A stretch of 33,145 nucleotides of DNA. Source: a virus. Its lineage: Duplodnaviria > Caudoviricetes. Numbering within the stretch: the first letter of the stretch is position 1; the number at the start of each line of letters is the position of its first letter. Below are positions 10,301 through 17,786 of the stretch, one piece after another. Position numbers and translations under genes: made by a program. The stretch is from positions 1-33,145 of the IMG/VR virus record IMGVR_UViG_3300034190_001439. One strand, written 5' to 3'. Below the pieces are notes generated by a model. The model saw nothing but the letters and a program-made list of their open reading frames with translations, did no database searches and was not told the DNA's origin.

Positions 10301-10445
10301 CTACTTGATCTGCAATCCATTGTGTTGCTTCTTTTTGTATAAAACTTTTATTAGCACTTAATAAATTATAAGCATTTGGAAAACGGTTATCATTTAGTCC
10401 TATGCCCGGTTTAAATACATAATTTTTTATTTGTGTTTTTGCCAT
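4314..10445 (-). CDS. Very large (2043 aa) virion structural / fibre-like protein
   Basis: Single long Gly/Ser/Thr-rich ORF. Contains a KCERDVGYVIDAYLNDLRYGGN helical motif, an HPYPR..DP domain, five ~88-aa internal repeats and a C-terminal RQSKKYIRYQSGKG domain. Confidence 0.75.
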   Translation of the reverse strand: MAKTQIKNYVFKPGIGLNDNRFPNAYNLLSANKSFIQKEATQWIADQVAAGAAGFVGYTYNQAKCERDVGYVIDAYLNDLRYGGNEKLYDTIKYYWDQDVAQVDGDRQPEIQTHTFIGNLIKTNILTQVAYSASNTEVTQTLSGTASETTQQFTPTDATYTPTTGDMTVTIGTHSLAVGDEFFIAPGGITFTCALDGNASDHPYPRASGVPNDKGKDPYYYTPITITSVTSTTITANVGISSDTSLHTFSSALANSVTAGPNAKINTLAFNTVDVITNGLNALPTKIDTGVSTIKLQGNYNVNQLLLITNTTKNEIIYNFSSSDTGGKVELKKDKISRDPDFAKFLETTDSITIIKLNYNTKSHSALDDIQIFVELTENGKSVVTTRPYDFGTDAIERMRIATPQSMLDADFEYGLQPTKWAAISTLRGYPSVYELPGTDTPVLSVVTDASAGTDGIGQSLITVTTVGPHGIEAGSPITIKALEDTTSGAARAEGSFIVVEVPTSTTFTYYAKSKVGESSGDILSTTYTQLRKAGFYTGSSIANSRFTINSNGSAGTLVAELSVPSGSTVIPYDGPAPSIGAPLVNNPGISTGTQITSVTDTTAGGGVYLTPAVVETVTSGSSTVTVETSSGIVTNLAVDRGDGFATILSSIDGNNLEFTDSFTTNLIPNKKSYINVSTINDTSSGQDAAFNISASGSSYTIDLIVDDGSSYEIGDRIKILGTDLGGATPQNDATILITDTFSDGAILSTSIEGTAFDGTGTVTGVSGTYTFGQGTGASFDITWVDNVYSTVDITSPDPSSGYQVNDLIVIPGDDLYDSGGSPINDLYITVTGIGDGGSITSVVFEGTAPDVIETYNSVTFTTASSGTGAIFNITSDSGSYSAVVDFGGVNYLPTETILISGADLGGITPDNDLTLTIDNVGGTGDIITVSLSGVAYNGGTEAAVFSTPRSGTGATFDVDLNAGVYTVSINDGGSLYGDAQTFTIPGTSLFGQSPANDLTITIDTIDGISTGVITAITSTGTASAGAGSYTNITGFLEPLVGSGATFDIVRNFTNYDTIVLNTAGTNYKVGNRFTIEATNLDGISPFNDITGRVTAINEVTGGIVSVITSYEEAAYGVNFDLLCTVGLSEPTILDITAGSTADFEQLASLGITFDNAHGLVPGNTFIVDILSDDGINNHALAAGSYIATNIPAVDQLEFQARAAGTISIDSLDINGIIYPRPDSFFVHRPFDGGVQLGTGGPQHGAQAIRQSKKYIRYQSGKGIMYTTGALFAPSYDLRSLTADGVEVGSLITVVTDDNDHGVQVGGIVRILGVETPGYNSGPETAVPPTFDYEVVDVVDERTYKIRAQRRLGATEAILGFGSQMSVVAWHGATVRSGIFDDQNGIFWEFDGTQISVVQRTGTRQLAGAIELKVDNNLVTGTNTRFLDQLKAGDRIIIKGMTHVVSHVNSQTECTITPDWRGVVDIQGAKANLIVDKKTKQADFNLDRLDGTGPSGYDIDIAKMQMIGIQYSWYGAGFIDFMLRGSDGNFVFAHRMRNSNVNTEAFMRSGNLPVRYEVTNEGPPGKLAAAMDASQTTLELIDGSFFPTSGTIYIDNEIINYTGRTGNTLTGLQRGSTYNNFQAGADRSYSAGSPEIHNDRTGVILISQTITPLISHWGSAFITDGAFDEDRGYIFSYAATGVPVSTTKNTAFMIRLSPSVSNALTGDLGERELLNRAQLLLQGLEITSDTSTGGLVVQGVLNPQNYPLDPGSVSWSNLSGAAQGGQPSFAQIAPGGAIDWNGGAIETTASVAISADIQTSTYTPLVFGANENNSPIELLTSVYNGVGPAFTGAEIYEANGNAYSGGSQGTYLITNIRTSGNETLIDFRSTTGRTRRAQNFTGTPGIYFKQPSYTGLTNKLIFAKAAWDASGAVEGTSVATSDTNWPAGTAVSSVVLKTLGATEFYEVTFSQTSINELTTSDSVTFLFGNPPFAQPGETVFSFIANPGERSTLDLSQLKELTNTPLGGRGTYPNGPDVLAINVYKISGTEVAANIILKWGEAQA
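7113..8390 (-). repeat. Five tandem ~85-93 aa protein repeats within the 2043-aa protein
   Basis: Consensus GxGAxFxI...Y......G..Y...(D/E).I.I.G..L.G.(T/S)P.ND..I.(I/V)....G.I recurs five times (GQDAAFNI, GTGASFDI, GTGAIFNI, GTGATFDV, GSGATFDI). Diverged at DNA level. Confidence 0.85.
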
Positions 10446-10448
10446 TTT

Positions 10449-11351
10449 TTATAATCCAAAAGTAATTGCTAATGCTGTTGCAGTTGTGTCGACATATTTT
10501 TTATTTGTTGCACTATTAGTAGTTATAGGTTGATTAACTATTGTTGCAGAAACAAAATTTGCAGTTGCTGGTAATGCGCTGCCAATAGTAGTATTTTCAA
10601 TTGTAGTATTATTTATTGGAATACTAGAACCGTTATTAGTTATTTCTCCAAGAAATACATCGTCAATTTTAACTATAATTTTGTTAGTAGCAGACAACTC
10701 TAGGTTAGTATTAGAATCAAGTTTAGGAATTCCAACACCATTTAAATCAATACCTTGTGCTGTTATATTGCCGCCGACATTTAAATTTTTTGCAATTGCG
10801 GTGCCGCCCTTTACAACTAATGCTCCAGTTAATATGTCTGTACTATCAGTATCATTAGTTATTGTTAAATTACCAAATAACCCCGATGCATCGGTAACAT
10901 TTATTGTTCCAACAACATCTTCGTCTTGGCTATCTACTCCTCGATATTCTAATACATCTGGAGCATCAATCGGTACTCTAAAAGTATAACTACCAGAAGT
11001 TTTTTCTACTGCATCCGGTCCTCTAGATCCGTCACTGTGTATAATTCCATCAGTGTATGCTTCATCAGTTGTTGGATTAAATATTGTAAACGTAAGAGTC
11101 GGCGTATTTAAAATAAACGTATACGACCTTGTTCTTTCTAAATTAATTGTCGGATTTTCATCTTCTAAAGAATTTATAAGGAATTCAGTTTTTGTTACAT
11201 TTTCTGTTATTGTAAAATCCGAAGCTAGGTCTGCATCAGACTGAATAAGAGTGAGAGAAGATGCATTAATATTACCTTGATCATCAACAGTAAAATTTTT
11301 ACTCTTGAATCCATATCTAGATTCAAATGGTGAATTTTTTATAACAGACAT
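10449..11351 (-). CDS. Virion structural protein (short fibre-like)
   Basis: GGAGG RBS; NPTINLERTRSYTF domain, TGALVVKGGTAIAKNLNVGG fibre repeat, and C-terminal ATNKKYVD..A.ALAITFG motif typical of phage fibre proteins. Confidence 0.7.
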   Translation of the reverse strand: MSVIKNSPFESRYGFKSKNFTVDDQGNINASSLTLIQSDADLASDFTITENVTKTEFLINSLEDENPTINLERTRSYTFILNTPTLTFTIFNPTTDEAYTDGIIHSDGSRGPDAVEKTSGSYTFRVPIDAPDVLEYRGVDSQDEDVVGTINVTDASGLFGNLTITNDTDSTDILTGALVVKGGTAIAKNLNVGGNITAQGIDLNGVGIPKLDSNTNLELSATNKIIVKIDDVFLGEITNNGSSIPINNTTIENTTIGSALPATANFVSATIVNQPITTNSATNKKYVDTTATALAITFGL

Positions 11352-11369
11352 GTGGTCCTCCTACTATCT

Positions 11370-11377
11370 TATTTATC
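11370..11377 (-). promoter_or_regulatory. Putative T4-type late promoter (GATAAATA)
   Basis: In the intergenic gap 19 nt upstream of the ATG at 11351; matches the T4 late consensus TATAAATA at 7/8. Confidence 0.6.
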
Positions 11378-11794
11378 TTAATTTGTAGAAGGATTTTGTA
11401 CATGAAAATATTGAGCCGTATATATTATTTTTGTTCCTGCATACGGTGTACTGTCGTCAGCGACAATAGGATCGACAATAACATCTACATAACTATCGTT
11501 AACTATTGCATCTACTTCTATCAATGCATCGTCGGTACTATTTCTTGCATATATTACTACACTAGCAGTATCTACACTAGCAGTTACTAAAACTTTTAAT
11601 ATTTCTTTTTTACTACTATTAAAATCTGCAGATATTGTATATTCGACACTGGCAAAATCACCTACATGAAATCTGTCTAATACAGTATCTGGATATACAG
11701 CAACCCAAGGACCTTTGTGAGAAGTCCCTGCGTTATTCTTAAATAGTACTGTATTTTTTAATCCAGTTGTAAAAAAATTTGATATATTAAACAT
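11378..11794 (-). CDS. Hypothetical protein, probably structural (beta-rich)
   Basis: 138-aa ORF with GGA RBS, collinear with neighbours; LDRFHVGDFASVEYTIS segment resembles beta-sandwich modules of phage structural proteins. Confidence 0.6.
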   Translation of the reverse strand: MFNISNFFTTGLKNTVLFKNNAGTSHKGPWVAVYPDTVLDRFHVGDFASVEYTISADFNSSKKEILKVLVTASVDTASVVIYARNSTDDALIEVDAIVNDSYVDVIVDPIVADDSTPYAGTKIIYTAQYFHVQNPSTN

Positions 11795-11817
11795 TTATGA
11801 TTCCATTATTGTAACTG

Positions 11818-11825
11818 TATTTATG
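11818..11825 (-). promoter_or_regulatory. Putative late promoter (CATAAATA)
   Basis: Overlaps the carbamoyltransferase stop codon, 24 nt upstream of the ATG at 11794. Confidence 0.55.
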
Positions 11826-13635
11826 TGTTTTTTATAGACAACAGCTTTTTGTATTCTGGTAGGTACAAATATTCAATATCTGATTCTTGTAAAGTCCATA
11901 ATGCATCTTCAAGTGTTTCTACTAACGGCTCGCCGCCCAAGTTAAAACTAGTATTAAAAATAATAGGACATCCTGTTTTTTCTTTAAATGCTTTAATAAT
12001 ATTATAGTAATGCGGATTTTGTTCTCTACTGACAGTTTGAATTCGACATGTGCCGTCTACGTGAATAATAGCAGGAATCTTTTCTTCAATGCCAGGCTGA
12101 CAATTTACAGCATACATCATTGTAGGCGAGCTTTCCATCCCACGCAGATCAAACCACTCGTGTGCATCTTCTTCTAAAATACTTCCTGCAAATGGCCGAA
12201 AATATTCTCTTCGTTTGATTTCATTAACAAAATCTTTGCCGTCTTCAAAGGTTGGATCAAACATCAAGCTACGATTGCCTAAAGCTCTGGGGCCATTTTC
12301 TGAACGTCCTTGGAAGTTAGCAACAATATTTTTACTAGTCATTAACTCGATTACATCTAAATCCGTTGCGTCAACTACAGTTGCATTATATTGATTAGCA
12401 ATTGATTCAATCTTATCTAACGAATACGTGTATTTTGGTCCTAAGTATAATGTATCAGCTCTTACAAACCTAGTATTATCATCATATTGTTTTTTGTAAA
12501 ACATCAATGCTGCACCCATTGCTGTTCCTGCATCATTAGAAATTGGCTCTACATACAAATTAATGCCATCGTTTTTAAGAGCGTCTAAATAGTAGTAATT
12601 TGCTACACAATTTAGTCCGTAGCCGCCGCTTACAACAACATTTTTATTTCCTGTAGTACTAACAGCTTTTCTAATGAGATTCACAACTTGCTCTTGAGTT
12701 TCTATCTGACAAGCATATGCTAAATCTCTTCTGTTTTGCAGTTTAGTCCAATCGCTGCTATTACTATCGGCTAATTCATCAAACATTATATTATTAACAA
12801 ATGCTCCGTTGGGATAATTTGGAATAATAACATTCCTATTAGACGTTGGGAGAATTCCCGTATCCTCAAAAAGATTTGGAATATTAGAGTTTTTGTTTCC
12901 ATATGGAAACAATCCCATAGTTTTACCAGCTTCAATAGAACTAAATCCGCAGTATTGTGTTACTGCTTCATATGTTTTTACAATGCCGGCCTTTTCTGTT
13001 ATATAAACCTCGTGCGTTTTTGGTGTTCCGTCTTCATTAAATTCATTATAAAAACTACTTGGAAACTCTGTTAGATGCTGGGTTAATCTCGGACCGTGTG
13101 TTCCTAGATGTTTATATACAGTTTCAAATTGGCTTGGATAGTCACAATTAAAAATACTTTCTACTTCCCACGCAGTATATCTATCAACTTCGTTTTCGAG
13201 ATGTAAAAATGTGCCTGCGCCGTCAACAACAACTGCTGTAGCATTATCAAATCCAGATCGATAAAATGCACATGCAGCATGCAATTTATGATGTTGATTG
13301 CTCATATCAATTACTTGTGGATGATTTCGATTGTCTTGTTTTCTATCAATTAGTCCTAATTTTCTTGCTAATCCTGTATAAACATCGTCACCTGAATAGT
13401 CTACCATCCCGGCTGTATCTCTCAGAGACTGTGTATGTGCAACTACTAGATAATCTAATCTATCAGTGTATTCTAATATTTTAATCATACTAGCATACGG
13501 GCCGCCGTCGTATTTTTGTCTAGTTAACCGCTCTTCTTCAATAGAAAATATTATTTCGCCATTCTTTAAAAGACATACACCTGAATTGTGTCCACGTGCT
13601 ATGCCAGCTATCCAAATATCATTAGTTTCTTTCAT
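11821..13635 (-). CDS. O-carbamoyltransferase, CmcH/NodU/TobZ family
   Basis: Kae1-like N-domain (EEERLTRQK, HHKLHAACAFY.SGF, VVDGAG, EAGKTMGL, SGGYGLNCVAN, DAGTAMGAA) plus YrdC-like C-domain (FQGRSENGPRALGNRS, KRREYFRPFA, HVDGTCRIQTV, NTSFNLGGEPLVET). Start moved to ATG 13635 (AGGA RBS, ATGA overlap with upstream stop). Confidence 0.95.
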   Translation of the reverse strand: MKETNDIWIAGIARGHNSGVCLLKNGEIIFSIEEERLTRQKYDGGPYASMIKILEYTDRLDYLVVAHTQSLRDTAGMVDYSGDDVYTGLARKLGLIDRKQDNRNHPQVIDMSNQHHKLHAACAFYRSGFDNATAVVVDGAGTFLHLENEVDRYTAWEVESIFNCDYPSQFETVYKHLGTHGPRLTQHLTEFPSSFYNEFNEDGTPKTHEVYITEKAGIVKTYEAVTQYCGFSSIEAGKTMGLFPYGNKNSNIPNLFEDTGILPTSNRNVIIPNYPNGAFVNNIMFDELADSNSSDWTKLQNRRDLAYACQIETQEQVVNLIRKAVSTTGNKNVVVSGGYGLNCVANYYYLDALKNDGINLYVEPISNDAGTAMGAALMFYKKQYDDNTRFVRADTLYLGPKYTYSLDKIESIANQYNATVVDATDLDVIELMTSKNIVANFQGRSENGPRALGNRSLMFDPTFEDGKDFVNEIKRREYFRPFAGSILEEDAHEWFDLRGMESSPTMMYAVNCQPGIEEKIPAIIHVDGTCRIQTVSREQNPHYYNIIKAFKEKTGCPIIFNTSFNLGGEPLVETLEDALWTLQESDIEYLYLPEYKKLLSIKNT

Positions 13636-14546
13636 TTTAAGTTTCCTAAAGGTGTGTTCGGCCATCTAAGACCGGTAGATTTTAAATTTAATAGCTTCCT
13701 TTCAAAAGATGCCATGTTGTTCATACTATTCTCATAAAAACTTCTAGTGTCATTAGATATATCAATGCAATTATTTTCTATATCAAGTTTGTTTAGTTTT
13801 TCTAAAACATTATCCTTTAACCATAGATAATATTGATCAGTTGAAGGATGTAACTCATCAGCAAGTCGATTGTTAGGATAGTTTCCTACTAACCATTGAT
13901 AAGATCTCTCAGGACAATTATACATATAATGTATCATTATTGGCTCTAACCACTTGTCTTTCCTATCTTCCCATATAGGCTTACTATATATTTTTTCTAG
14001 ATGAGGATAATCTTCCCATATAGCAAAATTATCTGTCTCTGCTTTTCTAGGTATTACATTTTCATTAAACGTATCACTATCTTTTAGATCGGCGCCACCA
14101 TTACGCAAATCTCCGATACTAGTCATATAATATTCACATTTAGTATTTTCTAACAAATTTTGAACTAATAAAACATTATTATATGTATGCATTAAATATG
14201 CCGGCTCGTAAAAAAATGTATCAAACCATTTTTGATCATATAATTTTAAATTTTGATAGCTGAATAAACTACCAGCAGTTTGCCAAGCTACTCCCCTTGC
14301 ATCTACAATCTTAGGATTATACCAGTCATTTCGAAGATGTGTACTCCATTGTACAATAACTAAATCATCTTTAGTAAAGTTATGAGTTGCATGAGCTTCT
14401 GCAATTCGTTCAGCAATTGCTCGATTACCAATGCCTGCAATTCCGTAATTATAATATTCATCATATCCTACAGATAACAAATCTGCCCAAGTAGGCCAAG
14501 AATATGCTGTAAAACTGCATCCAAATGCAAAAAATCTTTTAGTCAT
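13632..14546 (-). CDS. SGNH/GDSL-like hydrolase or acyltransferase
   Basis: Block I-like FGCSFT at the N-terminus, block II-like NYGIAGIGN, VIVQWS, block V DELHP (DxxH). Confidence 0.6.
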   Translation of the reverse strand: MTKRFFAFGCSFTAYSWPTWADLLSVGYDEYYNYGIAGIGNRAIAERIAEAHATHNFTKDDLVIVQWSTHLRNDWYNPKIVDARGVAWQTAGSLFSYQNLKLYDQKWFDTFFYEPAYLMHTYNNVLLVQNLLENTKCEYYMTSIGDLRNGGADLKDSDTFNENVIPRKAETDNFAIWEDYPHLEKIYSKPIWEDRKDKWLEPIMIHYMYNCPERSYQWLVGNYPNNRLADELHPSTDQYYLWLKDNVLEKLNKLDIENNCIDISNDTRSFYENSMNNMASFERKLLNLKSTGLRWPNTPLGNLK

Positions 14547-15531
14547 TTTTATTTAATATCTTAATGTTTTCTTTTTTAACAGTAGGTTTAGCAAGTTTTT
14601 CGTAATGAGAAACTACATTTTTTATAATATGCTTTTCTATGTCATCATTCATTATCATAATTCCTTCATTGCGTCTGTCTGCAACTTCGTCAACTGTGAT
14701 ACGTATCGGAGAATATTGTCTTGCATCGCCGCCCATGTCTAAGATATTAAAATATTCACAATTAGGATAAGATACATTTACTTCAAATGTACTGCCTGTC
14801 ACAATTACAGCTGGTTTTTCTAAACTATATGCAATATGTTGTCCAACGCTATCGCAACCTAAAAATAAATCTGCTTCGTTAATTATAGCAGCCCATGTTC
14901 TAATAGAAACATTTTGTGGCATTGCTACTGGATCTTTGCATCCGTGCTTTTGGAAATCTATCCCAAACTCACTCATAATTACTACTGCAAACCCTTTTTC
15001 TTGTAATCCCTTTACTATATTAATAACATGCTGAGCTTCAAAGCTTCTTCCGCTAGAATCAGTAACATATCCATCTTCTGTTACTACAGTTCCTCTACCA
15101 AAAGGTTGAAACACAATAATTTTATCTTTTTTAGTTTTTTCTTTTACTTCATTAATTACTTGTTTAGCAGGTAGCTTTTCATTGATGCTTAACTTTAACG
15201 TAGGTTTAGAAAGATCTCTAACTCCTTGGTTATTAATTGCTATATCAAATGCTTGTGAGAGATTACATTTTTGATTGTAATATTCCCAGATCCTATACGG
15301 TTCTGGTGTTTCGATATCCATATGAATTAACTTATCTTCAAATAAGTTTTTATGCCAATTATCGTAAACTCGTTCATAAAGTGACGGATGTCCTTTATAA
15401 AAATCGGTGCCGCCTTCGGCAACAATAATAAAATCTTTGTCGCCAGATTCTTCTGCATATTTTTCTAATGCAGGTATAGAACAAATTACTCTGCCTGCGC
15501 CACCGTTAATAAAAAAAGCTTTCGATCTCAT
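14539..15531 (-). CDS. Glycosyltransferase family 9 (ADP-heptose heptosyltransferase-like, GT-B fold)
   Basis: N-terminal INGGAGRVICSIPAL; IIVFQPFG; C-terminal WAAIINEADLFLGCDSVGQHIAYSLEKPAVIVTG matching the GT9 'ADLxxGxDSGxxHxAxAxxxPxVxxxG' signature. AGGAG RBS. Confidence 0.82.
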   Translation of the reverse strand: MRSKAFFINGGAGRVICSIPALEKYAEESGDKDFIIVAEGGTDFYKGHPSLYERVYDNWHKNLFEDKLIHMDIETPEPYRIWEYYNQKCNLSQAFDIAINNQGVRDLSKPTLKLSINEKLPAKQVINEVKEKTKKDKIIVFQPFGRGTVVTEDGYVTDSSGRSFEAQHVINIVKGLQEKGFAVVIMSEFGIDFQKHGCKDPVAMPQNVSIRTWAAIINEADLFLGCDSVGQHIAYSLEKPAVIVTGSTFEVNVSYPNCEYFNILDMGGDARQYSPIRITVDEVADRRNEGIMIMNDDIEKHIIKNVVSHYEKLAKPTVKKENIKILNKND

Positions 15532-15535
15532 AACA

Positions 15536-15569
15536 TCTCCTAATATAATATATAACTACTTATAGGAGA
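15536..15569 (-). promoter_or_regulatory. Late-promoter variant TATAAGTA (15557-15564) overlapping a hairpin that would sequester the GT9 RBS
   Basis: mRNA sense: UCUCCUA-UAAGUAGUUAUAUAUUAUAU-UAGGAGA-UGUU-AUG; 7-bp perfect inverted repeat whose 3' arm contains the SD AGGAG. Confidence 0.55.
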
Positions 15570-15595
15570 AAAGTTAAAACTTTTTCAGTTTTGGC

Positions 15596-16240
15596 TTATC
15601 CTTTTATTGGATGTGCTGGAAGTTGTATTTTAATACAATCTTTATCAGAAGTATACTCTGCCCAAGTTGTTTCTAAACTTTCTAATTCTTCTTTATAATC
15701 ATTCAGCATATTTACAACTGCATCGGGGGCATCCGTTAATGCCGAAATTTCTTTTTTAACTTCTCTTAATAGCATATCACGACGGTTAACAATAGCATCC
15801 CAAGTTGCCCAGCTACTAAACCATTCATACGACCATTCTTGTGTTGAGTGACTGTATGTAGCAGTCTGTACGTCATAAGTATGATCTGGTGTAGGATCTG
15901 CAGGACGGCTATATGTATTTCCGTTTGGTAAATCTTCAGTATATTGAGGAAGTAATGTATAGTCTTTTACTTCGTCGGCTGCAACTAAGGTACACAATAA
16001 AGGATTAATATTGCAATCAACACATACTAATTCAATTCCTTCAGGTACTGGAATATTTGGACCGTCTTCTTCAAGAGTAAAAAATCCAGTGTTATCTAAT
16101 TTTCCAGTATCTGATTCAATTTCAACCCAAATCATATCTGGGCCAACATATGTCCATGTGCCCGTTTTACCTTCGTCGTTTGTTAACGCTAAGTAATCAT
16201 CAGCTAAATTATATGTAAATTCTTTTGTTATATCTGTCAT
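15596..16240 (-). CDS. Tail fibre assembly chaperone-like protein (paralogue B)
   Basis: C-terminal helical WDAIVNRRDMLL...YKEELESL..TW segment. N-terminus ITKEFTYNLADDYLA is paralogous to 17787-18464. Start moved to ATG 16240 (GGA RBS). Confidence 0.65.
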   Translation of the reverse strand: MTDITKEFTYNLADDYLALTNDEGKTGTWTYVGPDMIWVEIESDTGKLDNTGFFTLEEDGPNIPVPEGIELVCVDCNINPLLCTLVAADEVKDYTLLPQYTEDLPNGNTYSRPADPTPDHTYDVQTATYSHSTQEWSYEWFSSWATWDAIVNRRDMLLREVKKEISALTDAPDAVVNMLNDYKEELESLETTWAEYTSDKDCIKIQLPAHPIKG

Positions 16241-16244
16241 TTTA

Positions 16245-16982
16245 TTATCCAAATTTAATTAAAACTGCACCCGCTGCACCATAAACGCCACAACGACATC
16301 CGCCACCATACATCTGAGCACTAAAACCTGCGCCGCCTGGGAATACTGGATCTGCCATGTTTCCGCCGTAGCCAGTACAAGTACACCCGCCTGGGCCTAT
16401 AAGAGGCCCTGACACTGTTCCTGGTGCAACTGGTGCAAACTGTTGGCCAATATTAAAACAATACTGACTGGTCATTGCATCGCCAGTGGTCGAGTGTATG
16501 TTAACATCGCCGCCGAATGAGCAGCATTCAGCATAGCACATAAGTTGACAATTATAACAACTTACAAAATAGTTACAGCAAGCATATCCTCGCATACCTC
16601 CTCGAGCACAAGCTGTTATATTGCATCCAACTGCACGACTATGACACCCGCTACAGCCATTAGTAGGTGATGCAACAGTTGATCCGCCGGCACATATACA
16701 AATATATGTTCCTGGTATTACTTCGTCTCCGGTTAATGATTTTTGCAAATAACTACCAGACCCGCCCGGACGTCCTTGCATACAACAGCAGCTTCCGCTG
16801 CCGCCGCCGCCGCCGCCCCACATTTCGATATTAATATAACTTGTTCCTGCAGGCACTTCCCAACAACAACAGGCGCCGCCATTACTCGGTGTTTCAGTTG
16901 TGTTTGCAATCATAATCTCTTGCAGTTGTACTGCATTAACTATCGATGCGCCTGTATATAATAGTGATCTTAAATCTGACAT
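16245..16982 (-). CDS. Gly/Cys-rich adhesin-like tail tip protein (paralogue C)
   Basis: NGGACCCWEVPAGTSYINIEMWGGGGGGSGSCCC...FPGGAG...GAAGAVLIKFG; glycine-rich gp38-like architecture; 24 Cys in 245 aa by manual count. Confidence 0.7.
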   Translation of the reverse strand: MSDLRSLLYTGASIVNAVQLQEIMIANTTETPSNGGACCCWEVPAGTSYINIEMWGGGGGGSGSCCCMQGRPGGSGSYLQKSLTGDEVIPGTYICICAGGSTVASPTNGCSGCHSRAVGCNITACARGGMRGYACCNYFVSCYNCQLMCYAECCSFGGDVNIHSTTGDAMTSQYCFNIGQQFAPVAPGTVSGPLIGPGGCTCTGYGGNMADPVFPGGAGFSAQMYGGGCRCGVYGAAGAVLIKFG

Positions 16983-16996
16983 ATTTTTTTTATTCC

Positions 16997-17785
16997 TTAT
17001 CTAAACGTCACTGTTACTAGGCCGCCGGCACCGCCGTATCCCCAGCAAAATGCGCCGCCTGTAGTATTAGCACCCGGGCCGCCGCCACCTGGAAAACTAG
17101 ACAAGCCGCTGCTATACATCCCACAACCTGATCCAGCTGGGCATTGACAAAATGAGTGGCTTGCGCGAATGTTGCTTCCGATATTCGGACCTGACGGAAT
17201 ATATTGTAGTGTATTTGAATAACAGTACATTCCTCGAGATGATCCACTAATTGCAGGTAAACCAAAGTCATGACCGCAAAAACTTCCGCATTTACAGTTT
17301 CGAGTCCAGCCTGTATTAGTACCTTCACATCCTGTTAAAATAAAACAGCCGCTGCAAGATGTGGGGCCGCCACGTGCGCACAAATTAATAGTATCGCTTC
17401 CGTTAGCACTTGACTCATTTTGTACATAGCTAGGAAATCCTTCAGTGCCGCAGCAACTAGGAGAACAACAAGTAGAACCTGCTGCACATATTCTAAAAGT
17501 ATCGTTAGCTGCAACTGTAATTGTTTTTCTTGCATATGCACCAGCACCACCTGATTGATTAGGCTGTTGACAACAACATGCTCCTGGTCCGGCTCCGCCG
17601 CCGCCCCAAACTTCAATAATTGCCCAAGAAGCGCCTGTTGGTACTGTCCACAAACAACATTGCCCGCCATTACTTACTGACGTTATATTAGTGTTAAACA
17701 CCTGTATTCTACCGAGACCACCTCCTGCGTCGCCGCCGCCTGCTGCAAATTGTGATACAGGAAAAAGACTTCTTAAATCACTCAT
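16997..17785 (-). CDS. Gly/Cys-rich adhesin-like tail tip protein (paralogue B)
   Basis: NGGQCCLWTVPTGASWAIIEVWGGGGAGPGACCC...FPGGGG...GGAGGLVTVTFR; 22 Cys. Start moved to ATG 17785 (GGAG RBS; MSDLRSL matches paralogue C). Confidence 0.7.
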   Translation of the reverse strand: MSDLRSLFPVSQFAAGGGDAGGGLGRIQVFNTNITSVSNGGQCCLWTVPTGASWAIIEVWGGGGAGPGACCCQQPNQSGGAGAYARKTITVAANDTFRICAAGSTCCSPSCCGTEGFPSYVQNESSANGSDTINLCARGGPTSCSGCFILTGCEGTNTGWTRNCKCGSFCGHDFGLPAISGSSRGMYCYSNTLQYIPSGPNIGSNIRASHSFCQCPAGSGCGMYSSGLSSFPGGGGPGANTTGGAFCWGYGGAGGLVTVTFR

Positions 17786-17786
17786 G

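Noticed and set aside
15569-15584. AAAAGT-taaa-ACTTTT inverted repeat as a terminator
   Set aside because: The stem is almost entirely A-T and too weak for an intrinsic terminator.
16795-16818. (GCC)n microsatellite-like runs here and near 17595 and 19045
   Set aside because: These are poly-Gly codons (GGC) of the conserved WGGGG motif; in-frame triplets, not a phase-variation tract.
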